The notes: generated from the letters alone by a model not told the origin. Shown: positions 1 through 10,449, numbered from the stretch's first letter. The stretch: 37,621 nucleotides of DNA from an uncultured Desulfobacteraceae bacterium (GCA_964655655.1 CAZZPR010000020.1:1-37621); one strand, 5' to 3'. Numbers and translations: made by a program.

Positions 1-161
1 GAAAACTTTATCATAATGATATGTGGATGTCGGGAGATTTTTGCACTTATTAGTATATATGCGAAATCTTAGCACGACCCCAAAAAGACAACATTATTCC
101 TGTAAGCATCTCCGAATCTACTATGATTACTGGCTTCCGAACTTCTTCTTTAATGGACCTT

Positions 162-286
162 CTTAAAGCCCGGATATGAGGGCACATGCAACCAAACCTG
201 TAGATATTTGCCTTTACTTCTTACCAATCCTTCCCCAGTCTCCCAAAAAGGATACCGCCAGTATCTTTTTTGCGGGGTTTCCGGTG
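162..286 (+). repeat. Copy A of a composite intergenic repeat. Core is 'cttaaagcccgRatatgagggcacatgc..caaacc.gtag.tatttgcctt' (162-214), followed by a 'cttcttaccaa.ccttcccc' module (218-286) that ends in a hairpin plus T-run.
   Basis: Near-identical core at 7579-7630 and, reverse-complemented, at 34281-34350. The second module recurs at 7096-7152. The hairpin 'ggatac-cgcca-gtatct' is followed by TTTTTT at 264-284. Confidence 0.55.
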
Positions 287-547
287 TTAGCAACAAAATA
301 TATTTTACATTTTTGTACTTTTTTTGATTTTTTTTACGTTATTGTATAATCTACTTTTTTTAAATTTCCTTCGTCGGTCTTTAATACCTGCATTTGCCGG
401 CGAAAACGCATTGGCATAGATCATGCTGTATATAAATTTGGTGGCTGGTAATTATTAATGCAGGGCGGAAAACAAACCGTCTTTAATATAATCACATGCT
501 TATCACCATCCGTGTTTTAAAACAAAAACTTATTTCAGGAGGATGCC

Positions 548-916
548 ATGCCGATAAATTGGGGTCCGCATTATATTGTCCCTTCGGAAACAACAAAAAA
601 CCTTTCCGGCAGAGTGCTGCTCAGGGAAACATTTGACGAGGAGCTGCTGAAAAAAGAGCTGAAGGAGTTAGGCATAGAAGCTGCTCCGGTTAAGGCGTCA
701 AATCCCTGGTATTACAGAAAAAAGGGAGAGGAGACCTGGATAAAAATAGGTGAGTCACAGGAAAGGCAGGAAAATTTTGCGGTCTCATGGGACACTGCAA
801 GTACAGAAAACGGGGAATACCAGGTGCTGGGTCTGATGCACGTATGGGTGAGAAAAAACGGTCAGGAAATAGTGGTTGCCAGAGAGAATGTTGTAGATGT
901 GGTGGTTGAAAATTGA
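548..916 (+). CDS. Hypothetical protein, 122 aa.
   Basis: Strong RBS 'aggagg' at 537-542, 5 nt before the ATG. Clean ORF. No recognisable motif. Confidence 0.5.
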   Translation: MPINWGPHYIVPSETTKNLSGRVLLRETFDEELLKKELKELGIEAAPVKASNPWYYRKKGEETWIKIGESQERQENFAVSWDTASTENGEYQVLGLMHVWVRKNGQEIVVARENVVDVVVEN

Positions 917-1021
917 TTCAGTCGGCTGTTTTCCATTTGCGAAAAGGAGAGGTTTTTCCGGGGAGATACGAAAAGCCAGGAGACAGCGAATATGAATATT
1001 ACCTGAGTACAGGGACTCATA

Positions 1022-2119
1022 ATGGTTGCAGGAATAAAGGCCCTTTTGGTTTTGGAAGACGGAAAGGTATTCCCGGGCTACACATTTGCGGGACGAGGAG
1101 AGGTGTACGGCGAGGTGGTGTTTAACACAAGCATGACTGGTTACCAGGAAATCCTTACGGATCCTTCTTACAAGGGCCAGGTACTTGCCATGACCTATCC
1201 CCTGGTCGGCAACTACGGGATAAATCCCGGGGATGTCGAATCTGACAGGATCCAGGTCCAGGCCTTTGTATTGAAGGAATATGAAACTATGACGAGCAAC
1301 TGGCGTTCTCAGGGTACCCTGGCCGGCTACCTGGACAGGCAGGGAATAATAGGTATTGAGGGCATAGATACCAGGTCCCTTGCCAGACACATAAGGATAA
1401 AGGGTGCCATGAAGGGAATTATCTCCACTGATGATCTGGACACCGGCTCGCTGAGCAAAAAGGCAAAGCTCTCTGAAGGCCTTGTGGGCAGGGATCTCGT
1501 CAGGGAGGTGGCCTGCAAAAGGCCATACCGGTGGCATGAGAAGGATGAAGCCCCTCTTAACGTTGTGGCCCTTGATCTGGGCATCAAGTACAGCATAATA
1601 AGGAACCTTGCCAAAAGGGGTTGCAAAGTAACCGTTGTGCCGGCTTCCACATCCGCAAGGGAAATAAGGTCTCTTAATCCTCACGGAATTCTGCTTTCCA
1701 ACGGTCCCGGAGACCCCGAACCAATAAGCTATGCCGTGGAAACCATCAAAATCCTGCTGGAGCAATATCCGATTTTCGGTATTTGCCTTGGTCACCAGCT
1801 TTTGGGCCTTGCCTGGGGCGGAAGGACTTTTAAACTCAAGTTCGGTCACCGGGGAGCCAATCACCCGGTTAAAAATCTCTTAACCGGAGGGGTGGAAATA
1901 ACAACCCAGAATCATGGGTTCTGCCTGGATATTGAATCAATCAGAGATCCGGAGGTTGAGGTAACACACATCAACCTGAATGATCAAACCTTGGAGGGAA
2001 TGAGACACACCAGCCTCCCCGTTTTCTCGGTTCAGTACCACCCGGAGTCCTCACCGGGACCCCATGATTCGGATTATTTATTCGACGATTTCGTAAACCT
2101 TATGAAAAAAAGAATATAA
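1022..2119 (+). CDS. carA: Carbamoyl-phosphate synthase small (glutamine amidotransferase) subunit.
   Basis: N-terminus 'IKALLVLEDGKVFPG' matches the CarA family, and a class-I GATase region (GICLGHQLL) is present. It sits directly upstream of carB. Confidence 0.9.
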   Translation: MVAGIKALLVLEDGKVFPGYTFAGRGEVYGEVVFNTSMTGYQEILTDPSYKGQVLAMTYPLVGNYGINPGDVESDRIQVQAFVLKEYETMTSNWRSQGTLAGYLDRQGIIGIEGIDTRSLARHIRIKGAMKGIISTDDLDTGSLSKKAKLSEGLVGRDLVREVACKRPYRWHEKDEAPLNVVALDLGIKYSIIRNLAKRGCKVTVVPASTSAREIRSLNPHGILLSNGPGDPEPISYAVETIKILLEQYPIFGICLGHQLLGLAWGGRTFKLKFGHRGANHPVKNLLTGGVEITTQNHGFCLDIESIRDPEVEVTHINLNDQTLEGMRHTSLPVFSVQYHPESSPGPHDSDYLFDDFVNLMKKRI

Positions 2120-2219
2120 ACACGCTCTCCCTGGTAAAAGGAGCACAAATGCTAATAGATTACTGCCTGCTTAAAAGCCCCGCCCATTTCCTCAAGGCAA
2201 CATTTATTGAATTTGAATA

Positions 2220-5200
2220 ATGCCCAAGAGAACCGATATATCGAAAATTATGATCATAGGATCCGGGCCGATTATTATCAGTCAGGCCTGCGAATTCGAC
2301 TATTCGGGGACCCAGGCGTGCAAGGCCCTCAAAGAAGAGGGATACGAAATCGTGCTTTTGAACAGCAACCCGGCAACCATCATGACCGATCCATTGACTG
2401 CGGACCGGACTTACATAGAGCCGATAACACCGGAAGTGGTCTCCATGATTATTGAAAAGGAGCAGCCTCATGCTCTTCTGCCAACCCTCGGGGGGCAGAC
2501 CGCCCTGAATATCGCCTTTCAGGCGGCAGAAACCGGTATCCTGGACAGATTCGGGGTGGAGATGATCGGTGCTTCCGCTGAAGCGATTAAAAAGTCCGAA
2601 GACCGCGAACTGTTCAAGGCCGCCATGGAGCGTATCGGCCTTAGAGTGCCGAAAAGCAGCATTGCCCGCGACATGGAAAGTGCAAGGACCATTGCAGGGC
2701 AGATAAACTACCCGATAATCGTCAGGCCGGGCTTTACCCTCGGAGGAACCGGCGGTGGTGCGGCATTCAACAGGGAGGACCTTGAAAAGCTTGCTGCCCG
2801 GGGGCTGGATGCCAGCCTGATAAATGAAATCATGCTGGAGGAATCATTAATAGGGTGGAAGGAATTCGAGCTCGAGGTTATGAGGGATGCAAAGGATAAT
2901 GTTGTGATTATCTGCTCCATAGAAAACCTTGATCCCATGGGAATACATACCGGAGACAGCATTACGGTTGCTCCGGCCCAGACCTTGAGCGACAGGGAAT
3001 ACCAGTACATGAGGGATTCGGCCATAGCAGTGATAAGGGAAATCGGCGTGGACACGGGTGGATCCAACATTCAGTTCGCAGTAAACCCTGAAAACGGGGA
3101 CATGGTGGTTATAGAGATGAATCCCAGGGTATCGCGCAGCTCCGCCCTGGCCTCCAAGGCAACCGGATTTCCCATTGCAAAGATTGCGGCCAAGCTGGCC
3201 GTAGGTTACGCCCTGGACGAACTCCCAAACGATATAACCAAAGAAACTCCCGCATCCTTTGAGCCGGCCATTGATTATTGCGTGGTCAAAGTCCCAAGGT
3301 GGGCATTTGAGAAATTTCCCGAGACGCCCGATTATTTGACCACCAGTATGAAATCAGTGGGAGAAGTGATGTCCATTGGAAGGACATTCAAAGAAGCACT
3401 CCAGAAGGGGCTAAGGTCCCTTGAGACCGGTCGTTTCGGCCTTGGAGCGGACGGCGTTGGCTTCTTTGAGGGGAACGGGATGATTCTCCTTTCCCCGGAT
3501 GAAATAAAGGAGAAACTCGCCCACCCCAATTCGGAACGGATCTTCTGCATCAGACATGCCTTAAAAATCGGCATGGACGTGGAAAAAATCCATTCCCTTA
3601 CCGGCATCGATCCCTGGTTTCTTTACCAGATAGAGCAGATTGTACGGATGGAAGAAGATATCGCATCCGCCGGACAAATACCGGATAATGGGCCCCTGAA
3701 AAAGAGCAAGGCCTTTGGATTTTCCGATGTGCAGATTGCATATCTTACCGGAAGCAATGAAAACCACATCCGGGAGACCCGGAAGAATTACGGAATTATG
3801 CCGGTTTACAAACTGGTAGACACCTGTGCCGCAGAGTTTGAGGCACGGACCCCCTACTATTACTCTGCATACGAACAGGAAAACGAGGCCCGGGTTTCCG
3901 AAAGAAAAAAGGTCATGATCCTGGGCGGAGGGCCGAACAGGATAGGCCAGGGGATTGAGTTTGACTACTGCTGTGTGCACGCCGCCCTCGCCCTCAAGGA
4001 GGAAGGAGTTGAGTCCATAATGGTGAACAGCAACCCCGAGACCGTTAGCACGGACTATGATACCTCTGATAAGCTCTACTTTGAGCCGCTTACCGGGGAA
4101 GACGTTTTGAACATCGTGGATAACGAAAAACCCATGGGGGTTATATTACAGTTCGGGGGCCAGACCCCGCTAAATCTTTCATCTTCACTGGCGAAAGCAG
4201 GAGTGTCCGTTCTGGGCACCCCCCCTGAGAGTATTGCGCTGGCTGAAAATCGAGAATCCTTTAATATTCTGGTCAAAAAGCTGGGCCTTGGACAGCCTGA
4301 AAACGGAATAGCAACCAACGTGAATGAATGTCATGCTGTGGCGGAAAGCATTGGATATCCGGTGATGGTAAGGCCTTCCTATGTTCTCGGGGGAAGGGCC
4401 ATGAAAATCGTACACGACCGTCAGTCCCTGAAGGAATTCACGGAAAAGGCCATACTGGCCTCCCCGGACCACCCGGTATTGATAGACAAATTCCTTGAAG
4501 ATGCCATTGAGGTAGACGTGGACGCGATTTCCGACGGGCAAGATACTATTATCGCCGGAATAATGGAGCATATCGAGGCGGCCGGAGTCCATTCAGGGGA
4601 CAGCGCCTGCGTTCTTCCGCCCCAAACCCTGGCCAATGCCGTTGCTGATCGAATAAGGGAAAATACTGTTGCAATTGCAAGGCAGCTTAAGATAGTGGGT
4701 CTGCTCAATATACAGTTTGCCGTGAAAAACGGGGAGCTCTTTGTGCTCGAGGTAAACCCGAGGGCATCGAGAACTATCCCGTTTGTAAGCAAGGCAACCG
4801 GAAGGCCTTTTGCAAAGCTTGCCACAAAGGTAATGCTCGGGAAAAGCCTGAAAGATCTCGGTCTAACCCATGAACCGGAACTTCCCCACGTCTCGGTCAA
4901 GGAATCGGTCTTCCCTTTTAACCGGTTCCCTGGAGTGGATATCCTTCTGGGGCCTGAAATGAAATCCACGGGTGAGGTAATGGGAATTGATGACGAATTC
5001 GGCAAGGCATTTGCAAAATCCCAACTCTCCGCCGGGCAAATGCTGCCCTTAAATGGATCAGTTTTTGTCAGCGTAAAGGACTCGGACAAGGATAAGATAT
5101 ACCCGGCGGTAAAAAGGCTCTATGAGATGGGCTTTAACATTCTTGCCACCAAGGGTACGTCCGTTCACCTGAAAAGGCTCGGTATTCCAAATCAAAGAGT

Positions 5201-5504
5201 AAACAAAATCGCACATGCCCGTCCCCATGTAATAGATCACATAAAAAACGGGGATATTCAACTGGTAATCAACACTCCTTCGGAAAGGGAAACCGCAGGG
5301 GGATCGCATAACATCAGGCAGGCGGTGCTCCAGTACGGAATTCCTTACGCCACTACACTTTCAGGTTCAGCGGCGATGGTCTCGGGCATAGAAGCCCTGA
5401 AAAAGGGAATCCTGAAGGTGAAGCCCCTTCAGGAATACCACGGAATTTATACCTCCCTCTGCTCCGGGCAGGCCGTATCCGAAGAAGGAGGTATTACAGG
5501 GTGA
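2220..5504 (+). CDS. carB: Carbamoyl-phosphate synthase large subunit.
   Basis: 1094 aa with duplicated ATP-grasp halves ('[21 protein letters not shown]' ... '[21 protein letters not shown]') and an MGS-like C-terminal domain. Confidence 0.95.
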   Translation: MPKRTDISKIMIIGSGPIIISQACEFDYSGTQACKALKEEGYEIVLLNSNPATIMTDPLTADRTYIEPITPEVVSMIIEKEQPHALLPTLGGQTALNIAFQAAETGILDRFGVEMIGASAEAIKKSEDRELFKAAMERIGLRVPKSSIARDMESARTIAGQINYPIIVRPGFTLGGTGGGAAFNREDLEKLAARGLDASLINEIMLEESLIGWKEFELEVMRDAKDNVVIICSIENLDPMGIHTGDSITVAPAQTLSDREYQYMRDSAIAVIREIGVDTGGSNIQFAVNPENGDMVVIEMNPRVSRSSALASKATGFPIAKIAAKLAVGYALDELPNDITKETPASFEPAIDYCVVKVPRWAFEKFPETPDYLTTSMKSVGEVMSIGRTFKEALQKGLRSLETGRFGLGADGVGFFEGNGMILLSPDEIKEKLAHPNSERIFCIRHALKIGMDVEKIHSLTGIDPWFLYQIEQIVRMEEDIASAGQIPDNGPLKKSKAFGFSDVQIAYLTGSNENHIRETRKNYGIMPVYKLVDTCAAEFEARTPYYYSAYEQENEARVSERKKVMILGGGPNRIGQGIEFDYCCVHAALALKEEGVESIMVNSNPETVSTDYDTSDKLYFEPLTGEDVLNIVDNEKPMGVILQFGGQTPLNLSSSLAKAGVSVLGTPPESIALAENRESFNILVKKLGLGQPENGIATNVNECHAVAESIGYPVMVRPSYVLGGRAMKIVHDRQSLKEFTEKAILASPDHPVLIDKFLEDAIEVDVDAISDGQDTIIAGIMEHIEAAGVHSGDSACVLPPQTLANAVADRIRENTVAIARQLKIVGLLNIQFAVKNGELFVLEVNPRASRTIPFVSKATGRPFAKLATKVMLGKSLKDLGLTHEPELPHVSVKESVFPFNRFPGVDILLGPEMKSTGEVMGIDDEFGKAFAKSQLSAGQMLPLNGSVFVSVKDSDKDKIYPAVKRLYEMGFNILATKGTSVHLKRLGIPNQRVNKIAHARPHVIDHIKNGDIQLVINTPSERETAGGSHNIRQAVLQYGIPYATTLSGSAAMVSGIEALKKGILKVKPLQEYHGIYTSLCSGQAVSEEGGITG

Positions 5505-6910
5505 TAAGAAAACCCCTTTGCGAGGGGCCCAAAGAGGCATGCGGGGTCTTTGGCGTCTTCGGCCTGGAAGATGCCTCAAAGTTGACCTATTTCGGCCTTT
5601 ACGCCCTTCAACACAGAGGACAGGAAAGTGCCGGTATAGTGAGCTCTGACGGGAGATCAATTCATGAGCACAGGGGCATGGGCCTTGTGCATGACATATT
5701 CAACGAGCAAATACTCTCCGGGCTCCACGGCCATATATCCGTCGGTCACGTGAGGTATTCCACAACCGGTTCTTCCATTTTGAAAAACGCCCAGCCCTTT
5801 ATAGTCTCACACGGTGGCGAGTTTTTTGCCATCGCCCACAACGGCAACCTCGTCAACGCCGGTGAAATAAGGCGCGATCTCGAGAGAAAGGGTTCTATAT
5901 TTCAGACCACCATGGACAGCGAGACCATTGTGCACCTGCTTATTCAAAACATAAAACAGGGAATGAAAGAGGCACTGGTAAGTGCGCTTTCAAGGGTAGA
6001 GGGGGCCTATTCCTGCGTTTTGATGACCAGAAAGGAACTCATCGCTTTTAGAGACCCCAACGGATTCAGGCCCCTTTGTATAGGACTGCTTGACGGGGGT
6101 TATATAGTAGCCTCAGAGACATGCGCCCTTGATCTGGTGGAGGCAGCCTTTCTCAGGGAAGTCAATCCGGGAGAGGTATTGATCATCAACGAACACGGGC
6201 TGCAATCATTCGGACCGGTTAAGAATAGCAGGAAAACCTTTTGCATATTCGAGTACATATACTTCTCCAGGCCTGACAGCAGCATTTTCGGACAGAATGT
6301 ATACAAAGTGAGAAAAAGGCTCGGAAAAAGAATGGCCCTGGAGTGTAAAGTCCGGGCCGATTTCGCAATGCCCCTGCCCGATTCCGGAAACTATGCGGCC
6401 GTGGGTTTCTGCCAGGAGTCCGGTATACCCCTGGAGATGGGGATTATTAGAAATCATTACGTGGGAAGAACATTTATCGAGCCTGCTCAAACCATGCGGG
6501 ATTTCGGGGTAAGGGTTAAACTGAACCCGGTAAAGGAGCTCCTGAACCGAAAAAGGGTAATAGTAATCGAGGATTCAATAATCCGGGGTACCACGAGCAA
6601 AATGAGAATCAAGGCCCTGAGAGATGCAGGGGCCCGGGAGATTCACATGGTGGTGAGCTGCCCGCCTCACAGATATCCATGCTACTACGGCATCGATTTC
6701 TCGGACCGGGGCGAACTTATTGCCTGCAACCACTCCGTTGAGGAAATAATGGATTTCATCGGCCTTGACAGCCTTTGCTATTTAAGCCTTTCTGGTATGC
6801 TCCAGGCCGTCGGACCTAATAAAAATAATTTCTGCCTAGCCTGTTTCAACGGTGATTATCCTATAGAGCCCAAAAAGGGTCTCTCCAAGCTTTACCTGGA
6901 ATCATGCTGA
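5501..6910 (+). CDS. purF: Amidophosphoribosyltransferase.
   Basis: N-terminal nucleophile motif 'CGVFGVFG', a PRTase motif ([14 protein letters not shown]) and C-terminal Fe-S cysteines. Its start overlaps the carB stop (GTGA). Confidence 0.9.
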   Translation: MIRKPLCEGPKEACGVFGVFGLEDASKLTYFGLYALQHRGQESAGIVSSDGRSIHEHRGMGLVHDIFNEQILSGLHGHISVGHVRYSTTGSSILKNAQPFIVSHGGEFFAIAHNGNLVNAGEIRRDLERKGSIFQTTMDSETIVHLLIQNIKQGMKEALVSALSRVEGAYSCVLMTRKELIAFRDPNGFRPLCIGLLDGGYIVASETCALDLVEAAFLREVNPGEVLIINEHGLQSFGPVKNSRKTFCIFEYIYFSRPDSSIFGQNVYKVRKRLGKRMALECKVRADFAMPLPDSGNYAAVGFCQESGIPLEMGIIRNHYVGRTFIEPAQTMRDFGVRVKLNPVKELLNRKRVIVIEDSIIRGTTSKMRIKALRDAGAREIHMVVSCPPHRYPCYYGIDFSDRGELIACNHSVEEIMDFIGLDSLCYLSLSGMLQAVGPNKNNFCLACFNGDYPIEPKKGLSKLYLESC

Positions 6911-7095
6911 TAATTAGTATTCAGGCTTTAAATCCACACTTTCCCTGAGTTATTTAAACCGAAAAATATTTAAAAGGGGTAATTTGAACTTGCTTGTTTG
7001 CTTCTATGTGGTCATTTTTTAAGAAAGTGACCAGAGGCCAGCGACAAGTATCCAGATTTAATCCCGCAAAACCTGGCAAAGACCTGCCCCTTCCC

Positions 7096-7152
7096 TTCTT
7101 ACCAACCCTTCCCCGTCTTCAAAGAAGGGAGATCACGGGTATCTCTTTTTTT
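7096..7152 (+). terminator. Second copy of the 'cttcttaccaa.ccttcccc' repeat module. It ends in the hairpin 'gagat-cacgg-gtatctc' plus T7 and is a candidate rho-independent terminator about 190 nt downstream of purF.
   Basis: Read directly: a stem of 5-6 bp followed by 'ttttttt'. The homologous module at 218-286 has a different stem sequence (ggatac/gtatct) but the same hairpin+T-run architecture, which argues for compensatory change. Confidence 0.4.
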
Positions 7153-7522
7153 AAACGTATCCGGTTTTGCATGCCCTTTCCAGGTGCTCTGCGGCGGGCT
7201 GGGACAATTCAAATATGCTATCCGTATCACCAGGAGTGCGCATAGAATATTTTTTGACTATCGCCCGCCTTCTATCCGGAGGATAAGCCTGATATAAATA
7301 AGGGTTCTTCTCCGTTTAAAAACAAGAGGCACCCGCACTCTCCCTGGGAGGAGGGAACCTGGGTATTTGTTAAAAAGCTATTTTATGCCGCAAGCGGCAT
7401 CCTATGAAAAACGAACTTTATTAATACTTCGAGTTAAGTTCGTTGGAAGGGATAATATGTTTTTTAACCTTGAACTGTGAACCTGGAACCTGTATATTAA
7501 AGAAATTCCACAGGTGCTGTCC

Positions 7523-7660
7523 GTGCCCGAAATATTCGGGCTTTAATCCTGCGGAGTCTTTAGTCTTTAAAGAAGTTTCTTAAAGCCCGAATATGAGGGC
7601 ACATGCTGCCAAACCAGTAGGTATTGCCTTGAGGAAACGGGCAGGGCTTTGGGGAGGGGG
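7523..7660 (+). repeat. Copy B of the composite repeat. IR-left is 'gtgcccgaaatattcgggctttaa' (7523-7546), followed by a 35-nt spacer, then the core 'ttaaagcccgaatatgagggcacatgctgccaaaccagtaggtattgccttgaggaaacgggcagggctttgggg'.
   Basis: The two internal arms (7523-7546 and 7581-7603) are inverted repeats of each other. The whole unit matches 34275-34410 on the opposite strand. Confidence 0.6.
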
Positions 7661-7826
7661 GTTGCCAGTGAATACTTTAGCTTCTCACAAAAAACTTGAA
7701 GGCAGGACAATACCTTGATACTTGTAATCCCGAGCAATAGCCCGCATTAGTTTCAGGGTGTGTTTTATTAAACCCAATAATACACTCGCATCTTCCCTAT
7801 TTCGATTGGCCGGACATTTACTATGA

Positions 7827-9062
7827 TCAAAACAGGTACACCTGATGGCTGTCGGGGTTTTTCCCGAAACAGGTGACATCGTCAATTTTTTCCACCTTGG
7901 GGCCCCGCAATAATGAGTACAATGTGCGCTCTATTCCTATGCCTCCTCCATACGTATCCGGAAAAGTGGAATTTCCCGATTCGTCTTTCATACTCGCCAT
8001 GAGCAAAAAAGGCCCGTATCCATCGAGCCGGTTAATGTTCTCCACGTATCCTCCCGAAATAATCGGCCTTACGGGAATGACATTGTTATCTATCAGCCTT
8101 TCCACGATAGGTTCGTAAAGCCACTCCCTTATGGCCCCTGAGAAAACTTCCCTGGCCTCTGTCTGCTTATTGGTTGCGCGTATGATGCTCTTTGCGCATA
8201 TATCATAGTTGTATATAGAATCGGAGGTAGTATAAGCCGGATCTATCTTTCCATCAGGAAGGATATAGGGGTATATTAGATCATAGTTCTCCCTGGGTAT
8301 GCCTGTAATCCAGAAAAACTGGGACGGGGTTTCCTCTCCAGTCTTTGCCTCCAACTCGTTCGGGCCGTATTTCCTTTTAGATTCATCATGGCGGAATGCA
8401 GGAAACGGCTGCTTGGGAATTTCTATGGCTACCCCGAGCTCCCTTAATTCATCGCCGTTCTTCTCCACCACCTTTTCCATGCTGTGTATAATAAGTCTTT
8501 CAAAAAAATCCTTTGCCCTGCTCATATCCTCATTCAGGATATGCTTCACCTTTTCCTGCCTGTGGAGATAGACGTCGAAATCGATTTTCCTGTTCCTTCT
8601 TACCTCGATATCCATCTGGCTGAAGTCGATGATGTACTTGCCCCTCTGTGCCCTGTCTGGACTCTCCACCTCCAGCCTTACATTGGGGGAGTCCACGAAT
8701 ATGCCCTTTATTTTAGGATGGTGGCAGGCCAAAAACTTGGAATAGATCATGCTGTGGGTAAGGACATAATTAAAACCCTTGTAGGTAATGGATGGCACGT
8801 GTTCCACGTCGTGGGCCAGAGGGTCTGTTAAGGGACTGAGCTGAACCCTTTCGAGGTTGAAAAGACCCTCATCCGCCAAAAACTGATGCATGGCTGTCAC
8901 AAGCGTAGTCCTGATGGACATTGCTGCAAGGAGGGTGTCGCCTCTCCATTTTTTAAAGTAGTATTTATCTATATAATCCTTCAGGCTTGATCCCTCTTGC
9001 TTGAGCGCCGCCTGAAAACCATAGAGGGCATCTCCGATTGCAATACTTCCTTTGTCATCCAT
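7827..9062 (-). CDS. Class II aminoacyl-tRNA-synthetase-like catalytic-core protein, possibly AsnA-type aspartate-ammonia ligase. The re-called start is 'MDDKGS'.
   Basis: Motif-3-like 'GGGIGIERTLYSLL' near the C-terminus (E. coli AsnA has GGGIGQSRLTMLLL). There is no anticodon-binding domain. RBS 'aaaggagga' lies 5 nt before the ATG at 9062. The tracked ORF extends upstream only by reading through the palindromic repeat. Confidence 0.45.
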   Translation of the reverse strand: MDDKGSIAIGDALYGFQAALKQEGSSLKDYIDKYYFKKWRGDTLLAAMSIRTTLVTAMHQFLADEGLFNLERVQLSPLTDPLAHDVEHVPSITYKGFNYVLTHSMIYSKFLACHHPKIKGIFVDSPNVRLEVESPDRAQRGKYIIDFSQMDIEVRRNRKIDFDVYLHRQEKVKHILNEDMSRAKDFFERLIIHSMEKVVEKNGDELRELGVAIEIPKQPFPAFRHDESKRKYGPNELEAKTGEETPSQFFWITGIPRENYDLIYPYILPDGKIDPAYTTSDSIYNYDICAKSIIRATNKQTEAREVFSGAIREWLYEPIVERLIDNNVIPVRPIISGGYVENINRLDGYGPFLLMASMKDESGNSTFPDTYGGGIGIERTLYSLLRGPKVEKIDDVTCFGKNPDSHQVYLF

Positions 9063-9082
9063 GTCTTTCCTCCTTTTTTGAA

Positions 9083-9119
9083 TCCAGATTGTGCAGTAGC
9101 TGGCTACTGCACAATCTGG
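9083..9119. repeat. Near-perfect 37-bp palindrome 'ccagattgtgcagtagc-tg-gctactgcacaatctggg' in the glnA / aaRS-like intergenic space.
   Basis: Its reverse complement occurs at 15401-15438, and a left-arm-only copy at 32274-32290. All copies are preceded by a T-rich 'cttttt' motif. Confidence 0.7.
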
Positions 9120-9120
9120 G

Positions 9121-10449
9121 TTAGAGTATGGGCAGATATTTTTCGATTTCATATTTGCTTACATGGACACGGTACCTGTCCCACTCGATTTTCTTGTTGG
9201 CCAGAAACTTGTTGAATATGTGGTCGCCAAGGGTTTCGCGCACCAATCTGCTTTTTTCAACCTCTTGCACCGCCTCGAAAAGGTTTCCGGGCAATGAACT
9301 GATTCCCGCCTGTTCCCTGGCAGCCTCGTCCATCTCATAAATATCCCTTTCTATGGGTTCAATGAGGGAATAGCCTTCCTCTACACCCTTCAATCCGGCC
9401 GCCAGCATAACCGAGAATGCCAGATACGGGTTGCAGGCCGGGTCAGGGGACCTGAGCTCCATCCTCGTTGCCTGCTCTTTGCCCGGTTTATACATGGGCA
9501 CCCTGATCATGGTGGACCGGTTCCGCCTGGCCCAGGAAATATAAACAGGCGCCTCGTACCCCGGAACAAGCCTTTTGTATGAGTTTACCCACTGATTTGT
9601 AACGGCGGTTATCTCCCTCGCGTGTGCCATAACTCCTGCTATGTAGGATTTTGCCACCGGTGACAGATTATAAGAATCCCGGGGATCATAAAAACTGTTG
9701 AGGTCGCCCTTGAACAGGGACTGGTGTATGTGCATGCCGCTTCCGTTTTCACCGAACACGGGTTTCGGCATGAAGGTGGCATAATATCCCTTGAGCCTAG
9801 CAATTTCCTTAACCGCTATCCTGTAGGTCATTGTCTTGTCCGCCATGGCCAGCGCCTCGTCATACCTGAGGTCGATTTCATGCTGGCTGGGGGCCACTTC
9901 ATGGTGACTGTATTCCACGCGAATCCCCATTTTTTGAAGTGCAAAGATCATCTCTCTTCTAAGGTCGCTTCCCAGGTCCAGGGGCCTGTTGTCGAAATAT
10001 CCGCCTTTGTCAAGGAACTTCGGCGAGTTTGGGTTTTCCAATAAAAAGAACTCCAGCTCCGGCCCGACATAGGCCCTAAACCCCTTTTCAGCAAGTCTTT
10101 TGGTCATCTTTTTCAATACATATCTGGGGTCTCCTTCATAGTGACTTCCGTCCGGCTGAAGAATATCGCAGAATAGCCTCGCCACCGGTTGATCGGCTGG
10201 CCTCCAGGGGAGGAACTGAAAGGTAGTCGGCTCGGGCATTGCTATCATATCACTCTCCTCGATCCTCGCAAACCCCTCAATGGAAGACCCGTCAAATCCC
10301 ATTCCCTCTTCCAGACCTTCCTCCAGCTCGGAAGGGGTAATGGCAAAGCTCTTCAGGATTCCGAGTACATCCGTAAACCAGAACTGTATGAAGCTGACAT
10401 TTTTCTCCTTGACAAGCTTCAGGACATCTTTTTTTGTTTGGCAAAGCAT
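9121..10449 (-). CDS. glnA: Glutamine synthetase type I.
   Basis: 442 aa. N-terminal beta-grasp 'VSFIQFWFTDVLG' and conserved GS catalytic-region motifs. Confidence 0.9.
   Translation of the reverse strand: MLCQTKKDVLKLVKEKNVSFIQFWFTDVLGILKSFAITPSELEEGLEEGMGFDGSSIEGFARIEESDMIAMPEPTTFQFLPWRPADQPVARLFCDILQPDGSHYEGDPRYVLKKMTKRLAEKGFRAYVGPELEFFLLENPNSPKFLDKGGYFDNRPLDLGSDLRREMIFALQKMGIRVEYSHHEVAPSQHEIDLRYDEALAMADKTMTYRIAVKEIARLKGYYATFMPKPVFGENGSGMHIHQSLFKGDLNSFYDPRDSYNLSPVAKSYIAGVMAHAREITAVTNQWVNSYKRLVPGYEAPVYISWARRNRSTMIRVPMYKPGKEQATRMELRSPDPACNPYLAFSVMLAAGLKGVEEGYSLIEPIERDIYEMDEAAREQAGISSLPGNLFEAVQEVEKSRLVRETLGDHIFNKFLANKKIEWDRYRVHVSKYEIEKYLPIL

Noticed and set aside
913-1125. 70-aa ORF overlapping the carA start.
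   Set aside because: Out of frame with carA and Gly/Arg-rich. It is an artefact of the GC-rich carA 5' end.
2708-5089. Several 80-220-aa minus-strand ORFs inside carB.
   Set aside because: Shadow ORFs of a highly conserved 1094-aa gene.
6994-7245. 83-aa ORF in the purF downstream spacer.
   Set aside because: No RBS, composition typical of non-coding sequence, and it overlaps the repeat/terminator-like module. Treated as non-coding.
9083-9119. Palindromes as rho-independent terminators.
   Set aside because: Strong stems, but no U-tract follows on either strand. T-rich sequence precedes rather than follows the stem.
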